NCBI GenBank assembly: GCA_040260805.1
Contig: JBDQPD010000005.1
Span: forward strand, 1-61,291
From: Myxococcota bacterium
GTDB lineage: Bacteria; Myxococcota; UBA4151
DNA: 61,291 nt
Reading direction: 5' to 3'
In this document: piece by piece, positions 1 to 9,991 of the stretch
Position numbering within the stretch: the first letter of the stretch is position 1
Layout: every line of letters starts with the position of its first letter
Program-made: the position numbers and the translations under genes
The notes under the pieces: model-generated
What the model was told of the DNA's origin: nothing
What the model saw: the letters and a program-made list of their open reading frames with translations, nothing else
Databases searched by the model: none

Positions 1-17
1 ATTCTAGGAGTATCGCC

Positions 18-530
18 ATGGCTCGCGAACCTCAAAACAACTTCGGTGGCGACGCTGAATTTGAAGATAAGGTCGTCAACCTCAACCGCGTGGCCAAAGT
101 GGTCAAAGGCGGTCGTCGGTTTGCTTTCTCGGCATTGGTCGTTGTGGGTAACCGCAACGGTCGCGTCGGCATTGGCACGGGTAAAGCTCGTGAGGTGCCG
201 GATGCTATCCGCAAGGCAACCGAGCGTGCTCGGCAGAATCTGGTCACCGTACCGATCGTCGATGGCACGTTGCCGCACGAAGTGCTCGGTCACACCGGCG
301 CTGGTCGTGTGATGTTGCGTCCCGCTGGCGCTGGTACTGGTGTGATCGCCGGTTCGAGCATCAAAGCTGTTATGGAGCTCGCTGGTGTGAACAACGTGAT
401 CACCAAGTGCATCGGTAGCAACAATCCTCACAACATGATGCGCGCCACCTTCGACGCCATTGCTCAGCTGCGCTCGATCGAAGAGGTCGCTCGCCGCCGT
501 GGCAAGACGGTCGAAGAGATTCGCGGATAG
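18..530 (+). CDS. rpsE: 30S ribosomal protein S5
   Basis: [22 protein letters not shown] motif; AGGAG RBS upstream; spc operon position. Confidence 0.99.
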   Translation: MAREPQNNFGGDAEFEDKVVNLNRVAKVVKGGRRFAFSALVVVGNRNGRVGIGTGKAREVPDAIRKATERARQNLVTVPIVDGTLPHEVLGHTGAGRVMLRPAGAGTGVIAGSSIKAVMELAGVNNVITKCIGSNNPHNMMRATFDAIAQLRSIEEVARRRGKTVEEIRG

Positions 531-538
531 GAAGCCAG

Positions 539-718
539 ATGCTGCGTGTAACTCAAAAACGAAGCCTGATCGGACGTCCCCAGAACCAGCGCCAGAGTGT
601 CAAAGCTTTGGGACTGCGTCGTATCGGTCATACCGTCGATGTGGTGGACAATGACTCCACCCGTGGTCTGGTGATGAAAGTACAACATTTAATCGACGTC
701 GAGGTGGTCGCAGACTAA
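539..718 (+). CDS. rpmD: 50S ribosomal protein L30 (59 aa, not in ORF track)
   Basis: Manual translation MLRVTQKRSLIGRPQNQRQSVKALGLRRIGHTVDVVDNDSTRGLVMKVQHLIDVEVVAD; lies between rpsE and rplO. Confidence 0.97.
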   Translation: MLRVTQKRSLIGRPQNQRQSVKALGLRRIGHTVDVVDNDSTRGLVMKVQHLIDVEVVAD

Positions 719-785
719 AGCGATCACTAACACGTTGGTTCCGAGTCGGCTGGCGATCAACGCCGCCGGCGTAAGGAGAAGCAAA

Positions 786-1226
786 ATGCTCAACGATCTT
801 ACATATCCTGAAGGTGCTCGCACCGACCGTAAGCGCAAGGGACAAGGTCCCGGCACCGGCAACGGCAAGACCGCCGGTCGCGGTCACAAAGGTCAAAAAG
901 CTCGCAAGAGTGGTCATGTGCGTCGCGGTTTTGAAGGTGGTCAGATGCCCATTATTCAGCGTCTGGCGAAGCGTGGGTTCACGAACATCTTTCGGACTGA
1001 GTACCAGGTTGTGAACATCGGCGACCTCAACGAGTTCGCTGCGAATTCAAAGGTCGATAAAGAAGCACTGGTTGCGGTTGGTTTGGTTCGTCACAGCGAG
1101 CGCCCCGTGAAACTGCTGGGTGCAGGCGAGCTCAAGATCGCTTTGACCATTACCATCGAAAAGGCATCAAAGTCTGCTGTAGCTGCGGTTGAAGCAGCCG
1201 GCGGCCAGGTCCACACCGCCGGATAA
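786..1226 (+). CDS. rplO: 50S ribosomal protein L15
   Basis: GKTAGRGHKGQKAR and GFEGGQMP motifs; start moved to ATG 786 after AAGGAG. Confidence 0.98.
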   Translation: MLNDLTYPEGARTDRKRKGQGPGTGNGKTAGRGHKGQKARKSGHVRRGFEGGQMPIIQRLAKRGFTNIFRTEYQVVNIGDLNEFAANSKVDKEALVAVGLVRHSERPVKLLGAGELKIALTITIEKASKSAVAAVEAAGGQVHTAG

Positions 1227-1232
1227 ACAAGC

Positions 1233-2600
1233 ATGTCCCACCAACTCGATTTCAAACGCATTCCGAAAGTACCGGAACTGCGCAATAGGCTGCTCTTCAC
1301 GCTTGCCATGCTCGCGGTGTATCGGATCGGTGTGTACATCTCGATCCCGGGTATGGATCGTGCTGCGATGGCTGAATACTTGGGTCAAAACACCCAGGGC
1401 GCAGGCGGCTTTCTTAATATGTTCAACTTCCTCGCGGGCGGCGCCCTTGAGCAGTTGTCCATCTTTGCGCTCGGCATCATGCCGTACATTACCGCATCGA
1501 TTATCCTGCAGATCGCCGGCGTTCTTTATCCGCCGCTCGAGCGCATCAAGAAAGAGGGGGAAGCGGGTCGGAAAAAGATCAACCAGCTGACCCGTTACTT
1601 TACGTTGGTGCTCGCTCTGGTTCAGGGCACTGCGCTGGCTCGAGGTTTGAATGCGCTGACCAATCAAGAGGTGGTTCGTGATACCGGTATGAGCTCGGTC
1701 TTCTTGATCGTGCTCACGCTGACTGCGGGCACCGCATTCCTGATGTGGCTTGGTGAGGAAATCACCGCCAAGGGTGTCGGTAATGGGATCTCGCTGTTGA
1801 TTATGGCGGGTATCGTGGCGGGCTTGCCCTCTGCGACCTACACGACCATTGAAGCGGCGTTTATGACCCAAAACAATGCCTTCGGTCCGGTCAACTTGCT
1901 GGTCCTGCTGCTGATCATGCTCGCGATCGTGGCGGCGATTGTTTACGTGGAACGTGGACAGCGTCGCTTGCCGGTTCAATATGCACGGCGCGCAGTCGGT
2001 GGCGGAATGGTGAGCTCTCAGAGTTCGCACCTTCCGCTCAAGGTCAACACCTCGGGTGTGATTCCGCCGATCTTTGCGAGCTCGCTGCTGATGTTCCCGG
2101 GTATGTTTGCGAGCTATCTCGGGCCTGAGATGCAAAGCGCTGTGCAAGCGGCGACCGCTCCTGGGACCTGGATTTACAATCTGATCTACACCGTGATGGT
2201 GATCTTCTTTGCCTTCTTCTACACCGACATCATGTTCAATCCTGTGGACATGTCGGATAACCTGAAGAAGCAAGGTGGTTTTGTGCCTGGCGTTCGCCCT
2301 GGCGCACCGACTGCGATTCACATCAATTGGGTGCTCAAGCGTGTCACCACTGGCGGTGCGCTGTACCTCGCTGTCGTCTGCTTGGTTCCGTTCGCGGTGA
2401 CTGAATGGTTCCCTGGCGTGAACTTCTACTTCGGCGGCACCGGCTTGCTGATTGTGGTTGGCGTCGCCTTGGACACCGTGACCAAGATTCAAGCGTACCT
2501 CATCTCAGCGCATTACGATGACTTCAGCGTCGATGCTCCAGACCGACCTCGCCTTTCGGCTCGCACAGACGAGTTCGACGGCGCGAACAGTCCGTCTTAG
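1233..2600 (+). CDS. secY: Preprotein translocase subunit SecY
   Basis: SIFALGIMPYITASII, GNGISLLI and GVIPPIFASS motifs; many TM segments. Confidence 0.99.
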   Translation: MSHQLDFKRIPKVPELRNRLLFTLAMLAVYRIGVYISIPGMDRAAMAEYLGQNTQGAGGFLNMFNFLAGGALEQLSIFALGIMPYITASIILQIAGVLYPPLERIKKEGEAGRKKINQLTRYFTLVLALVQGTALARGLNALTNQEVVRDTGMSSVFLIVLTLTAGTAFLMWLGEEITAKGVGNGISLLIMAGIVAGLPSATYTTIEAAFMTQNNAFGPVNLLVLLLIMLAIVAAIVYVERGQRRLPVQYARRAVGGGMVSSQSSHLPLKVNTSGVIPPIFASSLLMFPGMFASYLGPEMQSAVQAATAPGTWIYNLIYTVMVIFFAFFYTDIMFNPVDMSDNLKKQGGFVPGVRPGAPTAIHINWVLKRVTTGGALYLAVVCLVPFAVTEWFPGVNFYFGGTGLLIVVGVALDTVTKIQAYLISAHYDDFSVDAPDRPRLSARTDEFDGANSPS

Positions 2601-2609
2601 GGGGATCAG

Positions 2610-3254
2610 ATGATGTTGGTGCTGATGGGACCGCCCGGCGTGGGTAAGGGGACACAAGCTGCTCGCTTAGAAGCGGCCTTGGGTTTGCCTCAGGTCAGCA
2701 CTGGCGCCTTGTTGCGTGCCGCTCGTCGAGATGGTTCAGCTTTAGGTGTTGAGGCTGCTAAATTTATGGACGCTGGCAATCTAGTGCCCGACGAAGTGGT
2801 GGTCGCATTGATCAGCCGTCGTTTGGCTGAGTCGGACGCACAAGCTGGCGCTATTTTAGATGGCTTCCCGCGGACGGTGAGCCAGGCCGAGTCTCTCGAT
2901 GTGATGCTCAAGGCTAAGGACCGGTCGGTTGATCGGGCTTTGCTTTTGACCGTCGATGAGACCGCGGTGATTGATCGGATTTTAGGTCGGCGGACGTGCG
3001 TGCAATGCAACAGCGTGTTCCATATTCGCTCGAAACCTCCCCGGGTCGCGGGCACATGCGATTCGTGCGGTGGAGAGTTGATTAGTCGTAAAGATGACAA
3101 CGAAGAGGCGATTCGCACCCGGTTGGCCACGTACAGGGCCAGCACTGAGCCGGTAGTGGGTTTTTATCGTAGTCATGGGGTGTTGCGTGAGGTCGACGGC
3201 GGCCAAACGGTGGATAAGGTTTTCGAAGGGCTCCAAGGGGCCCTTAATCACTAA
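2610..3254 (+). CDS. adk: Adenylate kinase with zinc-type lid
   Basis: GPPGVGKGTQA P-loop, LDGFPRT, lid with CxxC...CxxC. Confidence 0.98.
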   Translation: MMLVLMGPPGVGKGTQAARLEAALGLPQVSTGALLRAARRDGSALGVEAAKFMDAGNLVPDEVVVALISRRLAESDAQAGAILDGFPRTVSQAESLDVMLKAKDRSVDRALLLTVDETAVIDRILGRRTCVQCNSVFHIRSKPPRVAGTCDSCGGELISRKDDNEEAIRTRLATYRASTEPVVGFYRSHGVLREVDGGQTVDKVFEGLQGALNH

Positions 3255-3336
3255 GGTTTTCATTTGCCCGCTCTAGGGGTGCGTGCTAGGCGCCGCCGCC
3301 TTGGTTAGTGGGCAAATAAAGGGATTAACAAAGGGT

Positions 3337-3555
3337 ATGGCGAAAGAAGATACCATCGAGATGGAAGGGAAGGTCGTTGAAGCGCTCCCGAACGCAATGT
3401 TTCGGGTCGAGCTCGACAACGGTCATAAGCTTCTCTGTCACATCTCGGGAAAGATGCGGAAGTTCTATATCCGCATCCTTCCGGGCGATCGAGTGACTTG
3501 TGCGGTTTCTCCGTATGATCTCACCCGTGGTCGAATCGTCTACCGCTGGAAATAA
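3337..3555 (+). CDS. infA: Translation initiation factor IF-1
   Basis: [30 protein letters not shown]...[13 protein letters not shown]; start moved to ATG 3337. Confidence 0.99.
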   Translation: MAKEDTIEMEGKVVEALPNAMFRVELDNGHKLLCHISGKMRKFYIRILPGDRVTCAVSPYDLTRGRIVYRWK

Positions 3556-3569
3556 GGGGAGCAAGTTCG

Positions 3570-3683
3570 ATGAAAGTCAGAGCTTCCGTGAAGAAGATGT
3601 GTGAGAAGTGTAAAGTGATTCGTCGCGCAGGCGTGGTTCGAGTCATTTGCCAAAATCCGCGGCATAAGCAGCGGCAGGGGTAA
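3570..3683 (+). CDS. rpmJ: 50S ribosomal protein L36, zinc-ribbon form (37 aa, not in ORF track)
   Basis: Manual translation [37 protein letters not shown]; GGGGAG RBS. Confidence 0.98.
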   Translation: MKVRASVKKMCEKCKVIRRAGVVRVICQNPRHKQRQG

Positions 3684-3689
3684 GAGAAA

Positions 3690-4052
3690 ATGGCACGTAT
3701 CGCCGGTATTGACCTTCCGCGTTCCAAGCGGATCGACATCGCCCTCACCTATATCTACGGGATTGGTCGCGTCACTGCGGTCGACATCCTGAAGAAGGCT
3801 AAGGTCGATGGAACTACTCGAGTACACGCACTGACCGATCAGGACGTTGTGGATATCCGTAAGGCTATTCAAGATGGTTATAAGGTCGAAGGTGACCTTC
3901 GCCGTGAGGTCCAGTTGTCGCTCAAGCGTCTTATGGATCTGGGTTGCTACCGCGGGCTTCGGCACCGTCGTGGTCTGCCTGCTCGTGGACAACGCACCAG
4001 CACGAATGCGCGGACTCGCAAGGGCCCCCGCAAGTCTGCAGCGAGGAAGTAA
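3690..4052 (+). CDS. rpsM: 30S ribosomal protein S13
   Basis: [10 protein letters not shown]...LTYIYGIG...[11 protein letters not shown]. Confidence 0.99.
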   Translation: MARIAGIDLPRSKRIDIALTYIYGIGRVTAVDILKKAKVDGTTRVHALTDQDVVDIRKAIQDGYKVEGDLRREVQLSLKRLMDLGCYRGLRHRRGLPARGQRTSTNARTRKGPRKSAARK

Positions 4053-4055
4053 ATC

Positions 4056-4439
4056 ATGGCTTATCAAAAAGGTCGCAAGCGCTCGAAGCGCGTGGTTCAA
4101 AGCGGCGTGGCACATATCCACTCCACTTTTAACAACACCATTATCACCATTACCGACGTGCAGGGTCATGTCGTGTGTTGGGCGAGCGGTGGATCGAAGC
4201 AGTTCAAGGGCTCGCGCAAGTCGACTCCTTTTGCCGCTCAGATGGCCGCCGAGGACTGCATCTCACGCGCCGTAGACATGGGTCTGCGCCAGCTTGAGGT
4301 TGAGGTTCGTGGTCCTGGTGCAGGTCGTGAAGCAGCGCTTCGTGCCCTCGCCGCCTCGGGTGTCAAGATCACCACTATTCGTGATGTAACCCCTATTCCT
4401 CACAACGGTTGCCGGCCGCCCAAGCGCCGCCGCGTCTGA
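4056..4439 (+). CDS. rpsK: 30S ribosomal protein S11
   Basis: [34 protein letters not shown]. Confidence 0.99.
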   Translation: MAYQKGRKRSKRVVQSGVAHIHSTFNNTIITITDVQGHVVCWASGGSKQFKGSRKSTPFAAQMAAEDCISRAVDMGLRQLEVEVRGPGAGREAALRALAASGVKITTIRDVTPIPHNGCRPPKRRRV

Positions 4440-4452
4440 ACCGGGAGACACA

Positions 4453-5469
4453 ATGATTCAGCGAAGTCTTCGCAATCTAGTCAAGCCGCGCGGCCTCGTC
4501 GTCGATCGCGACAGCTTGAACGAAAAGTACGGCAAGTTCACTGCCGAGCCGCTCGAACGCGGTTATGGTCACACCTTGGGCAATGCTTTGCGTCGTATCC
4601 TTCTAGGGTCGCTGCATGGCTATGCCATCACCAGCGCTCGCATTAAAGGTGCGCTGCATGAGTTCACCGCTCTTGAGAACGTTGTGGAAGATGTCACCGA
4701 CATCGTCCTCAACCTCAAAGAAGTCTGCCTGCGCCTTGAAGGAAACCACGAGAGCCGGACGCTGCGCGTTCGTGCCGAAGGTCCTTGCGTGGTCACAGCC
4801 GCTGACTTTGAAACCGACTCGTCGGTCAAGGTGCTCAATCCTGACCATGTGATCTGCCATGTCGCCGAAGGTGGCGTCTTTGATGGTGAGTTCCAGGTCA
4901 CGGTGGGTAAGGGCTATGTCCCTGCAAAAGAACTGGCTGCTGAAAAGGCTCCCGTTGGCACCATCTGGATCGACGCTCTGTACAGCCCGGTCAACAAGGT
5001 GAACTTTCGCGTGAGCCATGCTCGTGTGGGTCAACGGACCGACTACGACAAGCTTGTCCTTGAAGTCTGGACCGACGGAACCGTCAGCCCAGAAGATGGT
5101 GTGGGCATCGCTGCGAAGATCCTCAAGGAGTACTCGCAGCTGTTCATCAACTTCGAAGAGCCCGAGACCCTCGAGTTCGAGATCGAAGAGGACAGCCAAG
5201 AAGAGATCAACGCCAACTTGCTTCGCTCGGTTGATGAGCTTGAGTTGAGCGTGCGCTCGATGAACTGCTTGCAGACCGCCAACATCAAGTTGATCGGCGA
5301 TCTCGTGCAGCGCAGTGAAGCCGAAATGCTTCGCACCAAGAACTTTGGGCGTAAGTCGCTCAAAGAGATCAAAAACGTACTCGCCGAAATGGGCTTGGGT
5401 CTTGGTATGAGACTCGAGAACTGGCCCCCGGCGAATCACCCCTCGCTTCAGCCTAGCGCTGATAGCTGA
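4453..5469 (+). CDS. rpoA: RNA polymerase alpha subunit
   Basis: [20 protein letters not shown]; alpha-[14 protein letters not shown]...[10 protein letters not shown]. Confidence 0.99.
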   Translation: MIQRSLRNLVKPRGLVVDRDSLNEKYGKFTAEPLERGYGHTLGNALRRILLGSLHGYAITSARIKGALHEFTALENVVEDVTDIVLNLKEVCLRLEGNHESRTLRVRAEGPCVVTAADFETDSSVKVLNPDHVICHVAEGGVFDGEFQVTVGKGYVPAKELAAEKAPVGTIWIDALYSPVNKVNFRVSHARVGQRTDYDKLVLEVWTDGTVSPEDGVGIAAKILKEYSQLFINFEEPETLEFEIEEDSQEEINANLLRSVDELELSVRSMNCLQTANIKLIGDLVQRSEAEMLRTKNFGRKSLKEIKNVLAEMGLGLGMRLENWPPANHPSLQPSADS

Positions 5470-5489
5470 GTTAGGGTTCGGAGGAAGAC

Positions 5490-5840
5490 ATGCGTCATCG
5501 TAAATCGGGTGTGAAGCTCGGTCGTACTTCGTCGCATCGCAAAGCGATGTTTCGGAACATGACCACAAGCCTGCTTCGGCATGAGGCGATTGTGACTACT
5601 GAGGCAAAGGCGAAGGCGTTGCGCGGCTATGTTGAGCCGCTCATCACTTTGGCTCGCTCCGGTGGGCTGACCAACCTTCGTAAAGCAGAGCGCGACGTGA
5701 AGGACAAAGAGGTCCTGTCGAAACTCTTCGACGAGATCGGTCCTCGCTACGCAGAGCGCCCCGGTGGATACACCCGTATCCACAAGCTCGGTGAGCGCAA
5801 GGGCGACCGCGCCTCGATGGCACGTATTAGCCTGGTTTAG
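5490..5840 (+). CDS. rplQ: 50S ribosomal protein L17
   Basis: [23 protein letters not shown]...RPGGYTRI. Confidence 0.99.
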   Translation: MRHRKSGVKLGRTSSHRKAMFRNMTTSLLRHEAIVTTEAKAKALRGYVEPLITLARSGGLTNLRKAERDVKDKEVLSKLFDEIGPRYAERPGGYTRIHKLGERKGDRASMARISLV

Positions 5841-5885
5841 TCGGTCGAACCCACGGCGCTTGCGCCTGGTCGAGATCGCCAAGTT

Positions 5886-5927
5886 TCAACCTCGCCGTGG
5901 AATCCCTGGCGAGGTTGATCGTTTTTT
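5886..5927 (+). terminator. Intrinsic terminator of the ribosomal operon
   Basis: Perfect 11-bp stem TCAACCTCGCC (5886-5896) / GGCGAGGTTGA (5908-5918) followed by TCGTTTTTT; between convergent genes. Confidence 0.8.
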
Positions 5928-5950
5928 GGGCTCATCGACAGTTTGTGGAA

Positions 5951-6619
5951 TCAGATCTCGGGTCGGTCTCCGAGCAGCGCTGCTCCTACGCGAACCCAGT
6001 GTGCGCCGCTGTCTAGCGCCTCAAGATAGTCTCCACTTGTTCCCATGCTCAACTCGCCGCCATCGGTCGCTAAGAGCCCTTTGGTCATCAGGTCATCACG
6101 CAGTCGCGCAAGCTGTGTGAAGGGCTGTGTGTCGCCCCAGTTCGCTCGAGGGGGCGGCAACGCCATCAGACCTTTGATCTGGACCTGGCTTGACGACTTG
6201 AGCTCGTCGAGGAGCGCCTCTAGGTCGCCTGGGTCCACTCCGGCTTTGCTATGCTCTCCACCCAGCCGAACTTGAATCAGTACCTTAGCTTGCTCGAGTC
6301 GGCGCGCTGTTTTAAGTCGCTCAACGCTGTGAATACGGTGCCAGCCCTCGGTTAGGTGGCGTGTTTTGTTGCTCTGAATACGGCCGATAAAATGCCAGCG
6401 CGCGTCGGGCATATGTGGCTCGAGCAGTGTGCGCGAATCGATCGCTTCTTGGATGTAGCTGTGGGCGAAGTCTCTGAGCCCCAAGGCGTAAGCAGCCAAG
6501 ATGCGCTCGGGAGGTTGCTTTTTGATCACCGCGATCAAGCGTCCTCCGAGCGCGCTGCATTCAGCTTCGATCCGCTCGATAGTCGGTCGCATGGATTCGA
6601 CGAGTTGTTGGTGGTTCAT
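5951..6619 (-). CDS. yggS: YggS family PLP-binding protein
   Basis: LIAVIKK, WHFIGRIQSNK, LSMGTSGD, WVRVGAALLG. Confidence 0.93.
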   Translation of the reverse strand: MNHQQLVESMRPTIERIEAECSALGGRLIAVIKKQPPERILAAYALGLRDFAHSYIQEAIDSRTLLEPHMPDARWHFIGRIQSNKTRHLTEGWHRIHSVERLKTARRLEQAKVLIQVRLGGEHSKAGVDPGDLEALLDELKSSSQVQIKGLMALPPPRANWGDTQPFTQLARLRDDLMTKGLLATDGGELSMGTSGDYLEALDSGAHWVRVGAALLGDRPEI

Positions 6620-7185
6620 TGAGGCTTAACTCCAAGGTTCAAGAGGGCTTGAAGGGTCTCATCCAAAGGCAAGCCAACCACTGCGGTATGGGAGCCCTCA
6701 ACCTGAGTGATCAAGCCAGCGCCAAGCCCTTGGATGCCATAGGCACCTGCTTTGTCCATCGGCTCACCACTGGCGACATAACGCCGAATTTCCTCATCTG
6801 AAAGCGCTCGAAAGTGAACCGTGCTGGTCACGTAGAAACTGACCACTCCTCCTGCGTGCCTGATCGCAACCCCGCTGGTCACGTGATGAGGTTGCCCGGA
6901 CAGCTCACGCAGCATCGCACAGGCTTCCGAATGGCTTCGCGGCTTACCGAGACAGCGTTGCCCGATATGGACGACGGTATCGGCGCTTAAAGTGACGAGT
7001 TCAGGGCTGGATTCAGGGAGCTTGGCCAGCGCCGATCTCAACGCCTGCTGCGCGCCGTGGCCTTCTTCTTTGAGGGAGGGTTCAGGCCTTGCGGTTACTG
7101 GGGTCAGATCAAACCCAGCGCCCCGGAGAAGGCTGTGTCGGCGGGGCGATTGAGAGGCTAGTCCCAAACGGTTTGTAAGACTCAT
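6616..7185 (-). CDS. maf: Maf family nucleotide pyrophosphatase
   Basis: LASQSPRR, SADTVV, EPMDKAGAYGIQG, VVGLP; start moved to ATG 7185. Confidence 0.95.
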   Translation of the reverse strand: MSLTNRLGLASQSPRRHSLLRGAGFDLTPVTARPEPSLKEEGHGAQQALRSALAKLPESSPELVTLSADTVVHIGQRCLGKPRSHSEACAMLRELSGQPHHVTSGVAIRHAGGVVSFYVTSTVHFRALSDEEIRRYVASGEPMDKAGAYGIQGLGAGLITQVEGSHTAVVGLPLDETLQALLNLGVKPQ

Positions 7186-7226
7186 GAGGTCGCTCCAAAA
7201 AGACTCGCGCTGAACGCGCCTTCGCG

Positions 7227-7256
7227 TTGACGCCACTAGCGTAGTGTGGCTAGATG
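7227..7256 (+). promoter_or_regulatory. Candidate sigma70-type promoter
   Basis: TTGACG-18 nt-TAGATG in the divergent gap, upstream of a GAGGAGG RBS; spacer contains the palindrome CACTA-GCG-TAGTG. Confidence 0.35.
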
Positions 7257-7286
7257 GTTAAGTACGGTTGCTTCGAGGAGGCAGGG

Positions 7287-8018
7287 ATGCCGAATAGTTT
7301 GGTCCTTTCAGCTTTTGGGCTGGTCTTAGCTCAGACCCCTGGGGTTGTGCAGCCGTCGCCGAGCGCGGGCGCCCGAATTCCAGCGATGGTCGCAGAGGCG
7401 CAAGAGGCTCAACTGAGCATGAACCAGGGCATGCGACGCACGGTCGACATCCTCCGGGAAGCGCGTCAGGGCTCGGACATCGTGCGCATGAGCTGCGTTA
7501 ATGAGAAGCTGACCGTCATCAAAGGGATCATTCGAATCTCTGAAGATGCGTTTCGTGGACTGACCCAGGCTTCGTCCCGCAACGACGAAGACCAAGCATC
7601 CTACGAGCACAATAAGATCATGATCAGCCGCGATCGGGTGAACAGCCTGACGGTTCAGGCGGTCAACTGTGTGGGTTCTTCGGCGACCGCAACCGGTGAA
7701 ACGGAGACCCAAGTCGATGAGGCGCGAGCGATCCAGAATCGCAACGTTCTGGCGACCAAGCCAGTCTTTGGCGATAGCCGCAGCTGGCAAGACACTGAGG
7801 TGGCTCAAACTGAGACCGAAGAGCCCGGCTCTGACGACGGTGAAGAAGGTGAGGGCGGCGAGGCTGGCTCTGCTGGTGTCGACTCAACCGGTGGTGGTTT
7901 GAATGCAGGTGGCAACATCGGCGCTGCGCCAAGCACTGGTAGCGATGGCTCGGGCGGAGACGGCTCGGGCGGTGGAAGCACCGAACCACCGCGTCCGCCC
8001 GCCTCAGCTCGCAACTAA
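7287..8018 (+). CDS. Secreted helical hypothetical protein with a Cys pair and a Gly/acidic low-complexity tail
   Basis: GAGGAGG RBS; signal-like N-terminus; core CVNEKL...NCVG resembles, from recall only, a conserved myxobacterial hypothetical. Confidence 0.7.
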   Translation: MPNSLVLSAFGLVLAQTPGVVQPSPSAGARIPAMVAEAQEAQLSMNQGMRRTVDILREARQGSDIVRMSCVNEKLTVIKGIIRISEDAFRGLTQASSRNDEDQASYEHNKIMISRDRVNSLTVQAVNCVGSSATATGETETQVDEARAIQNRNVLATKPVFGDSRSWQDTEVAQTETEEPGSDDGEEGEGGEAGSAGVDSTGGGLNAGGNIGAAPSTGSDGSGGDGSGGGSTEPPRPPASARN

Positions 8019-8036
8019 ACTCACAGCGCTTGCTCA

Positions 8037-8984
8037 ATGGGCAAGAGGACGAGTCAGCAGACGAAAGCTCTGTGGCTGTTCCGGCTGTTCCTCGTTTTAG
8101 GTCTACTCATCATTCCATCGGTTCTTCCGCTGACGTGGATGCGCGCTTCGCTAAGCGCCGATGACCAAGTTGATGAACAGCGAATCAAGGCTTTGGAGTT
8201 GCGGATTGCGCAACTTGAGCGTGCTCAAAAGCAAGGGTCTAAGCCCCTCAAGCGCTCTAGCGCCTTGGTAAAGGGATCGGTGGTGCCTGTGGTACCAAAG
8301 GCACAAGGCAGCGCAGACCCGAGTCGAGGCGAACTCGGCCTGCCGAAGTCCGCAGCACCTCTTGATCCTTTGGTCACGCGGATTCAACGGCGCCTGGCTT
8401 TAGTCGAGACGATTATCCGGTGGCGTCGAAGTGAAGAGACGCGTGAGGAGTTGGTTCATCATCGCGCCGGGATGGGCGTAGTGCATGGTCCGGCAGGTGA
8501 TCTGTTGGTTGCTCGGGCGATCGCCGATCCCTGGTCTGACTTGAGCATGCGCAGTCAGCGTGAGGCGGCTCAACGCAAAGGCGGCTCGGCTGAGGTGCTC
8601 TATCGAATTTGGGGTAGTGGGCTTCAGGTGCTTGGTGAGGGAGGCAAGGTCAACGCTCAAAACGCTATGGTTTTTGATCAGGCCTTGCGCTCACAGCCGC
8701 TAGGACAAGATTTGATTCGACTCCAAAATGTCGGTTTTCCTGGAGAAGACGATGAGCTGACCTTGGCGCCTCGTGGTGAAGAGTCGGTCTTAGCCTTCAA
8801 GTGGCCTCCACCCTTGCGTGCTGGTTTGCCAGATCAAACGAGCCCTCAACAAACTGAGCTCGCCTTTGGCATTTTGAGTCCAAGCTGTACCGGCTGCGTT
8901 TTGTTCGACGGCAGAGGACATTTGATCGGTCATGTGGACGCTATCGGCGAACATCAGGTGTTGCCGGGGATGGGGATGCCCTGA
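8037..8984 (+). CDS. Membrane-anchored protein with coiled coil and degenerate trypsin-like domain
   Basis: N-terminal TM and coiled coil; GMGVV..GDLLVARAIADPW and SPSCTGCVLFDGRGHLIG align with trypsin-like motifs but lack the catalytic His and Ser. Confidence 0.5.
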   Translation: MGKRTSQQTKALWLFRLFLVLGLLIIPSVLPLTWMRASLSADDQVDEQRIKALELRIAQLERAQKQGSKPLKRSSALVKGSVVPVVPKAQGSADPSRGELGLPKSAAPLDPLVTRIQRRLALVETIIRWRRSEETREELVHHRAGMGVVHGPAGDLLVARAIADPWSDLSMRSQREAAQRKGGSAEVLYRIWGSGLQVLGEGGKVNAQNAMVFDQALRSQPLGQDLIRLQNVGFPGEDDELTLAPRGEESVLAFKWPPPLRAGLPDQTSPQQTELAFGILSPSCTGCVLFDGRGHLIGHVDAIGEHQVLPGMGMP

Positions 8985-9991
8985 TGTGGATCGATCAACA
9001 AGAGCAGCTACTCGAGCTGGTTGCGTCCGTCGATCCAGGTGATTTATGGATCGATACCGAGTACGATAATCAGCGATATTTTGCGCCCTTACTCGCCTTA
9101 GTTCAGGTCGCATGGTCGGATGGTTCGGCTGTGATCGATCCGCTTGAGGTCGACTTGGCCGCGCTCAATGGCTGGGGGAAGCGCTGGTTTAGTCACGACG
9201 GGACCCATGACTGGTTGCTTCTAGATCAGGCGAATTGGCGGCCTCCAGACGCTTGCCTCGACACCCAAATCGCTGCGCGATTGCTGGGCTACGAACGATT
9301 TGGCTTAGCCTCTTTGGTCGAATCTGTCCTCGGTCTAGAACTCGATAAATCAGAACAGCGCAGCGATTGGCTGCGTCGCCCGCTCTCTGCTGAGCAGCAG
9401 GCCTATGCTGTTGGCGACGTGGTCCATCTTAGAGATTTGACCGCTGTGTTCTCGGAGCAGATCACTGCGCGAGGGTTAGAGCGGGCTTGGCTCGAAGAGT
9501 CGGCATTGGTTCTTGAGCGCGGCTTGAGTTTGTCCGAGCGGCAGCCCAAGCCGTTTTGGAAAGTTAAGGATTTGCGCAAGCAGCGGCCTTTGGTGCTCGG
9601 GCGAGCGAAGACAATTTTGGACTGGCGCTTTGCTCAAGCTCAAGAGCGGAACCAGCCTGAGTTTCGTGTGCTTAATGATCACCTCGTTGTGCGCTTGGCG
9701 ACAGGACAGATCCGCCCCCGAGAGCGAAGCCTAGCCCAATTACTCAAAGCGTCTGAGCCCTGCGATTGGCCTGAGCGTAAACGACCGGCTCCAAGCTCGT
9801 CATCGCTCGAGAAAAAACTTAAAGCGTGGCGTGTTGAGCAGGTCGCTGAGTTGCCGATGGAGACGAGTATGGTGCTGCCATCACGCTGTATTTCGCAGCT
9901 CGCTCAGGGTGAGAGCCCATCCGATATTCCTGAGTTGCAAGGCTGGCGCCAGGCGATGTTCGGCGATCAGATCAATGCGCTGATCAGTTGA
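8984..9991 (+). CDS. rnd: Ribonuclease D family 3'-5' exonuclease with HRDC domains
   Basis: IDTE, DTQIAA, SDWLRRPLS, YAVGDV; HRDC-like C-terminal part. Confidence 0.9.
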   Translation: MWIDQQEQLLELVASVDPGDLWIDTEYDNQRYFAPLLALVQVAWSDGSAVIDPLEVDLAALNGWGKRWFSHDGTHDWLLLDQANWRPPDACLDTQIAARLLGYERFGLASLVESVLGLELDKSEQRSDWLRRPLSAEQQAYAVGDVVHLRDLTAVFSEQITARGLERAWLEESALVLERGLSLSERQPKPFWKVKDLRKQRPLVLGRAKTILDWRFAQAQERNQPEFRVLNDHLVVRLATGQIRPRERSLAQLLKASEPCDWPERKRPAPSSSSLEKKLKAWRVEQVAELPMETSMVLPSRCISQLAQGESPSDIPELQGWRQAMFGDQINALIS

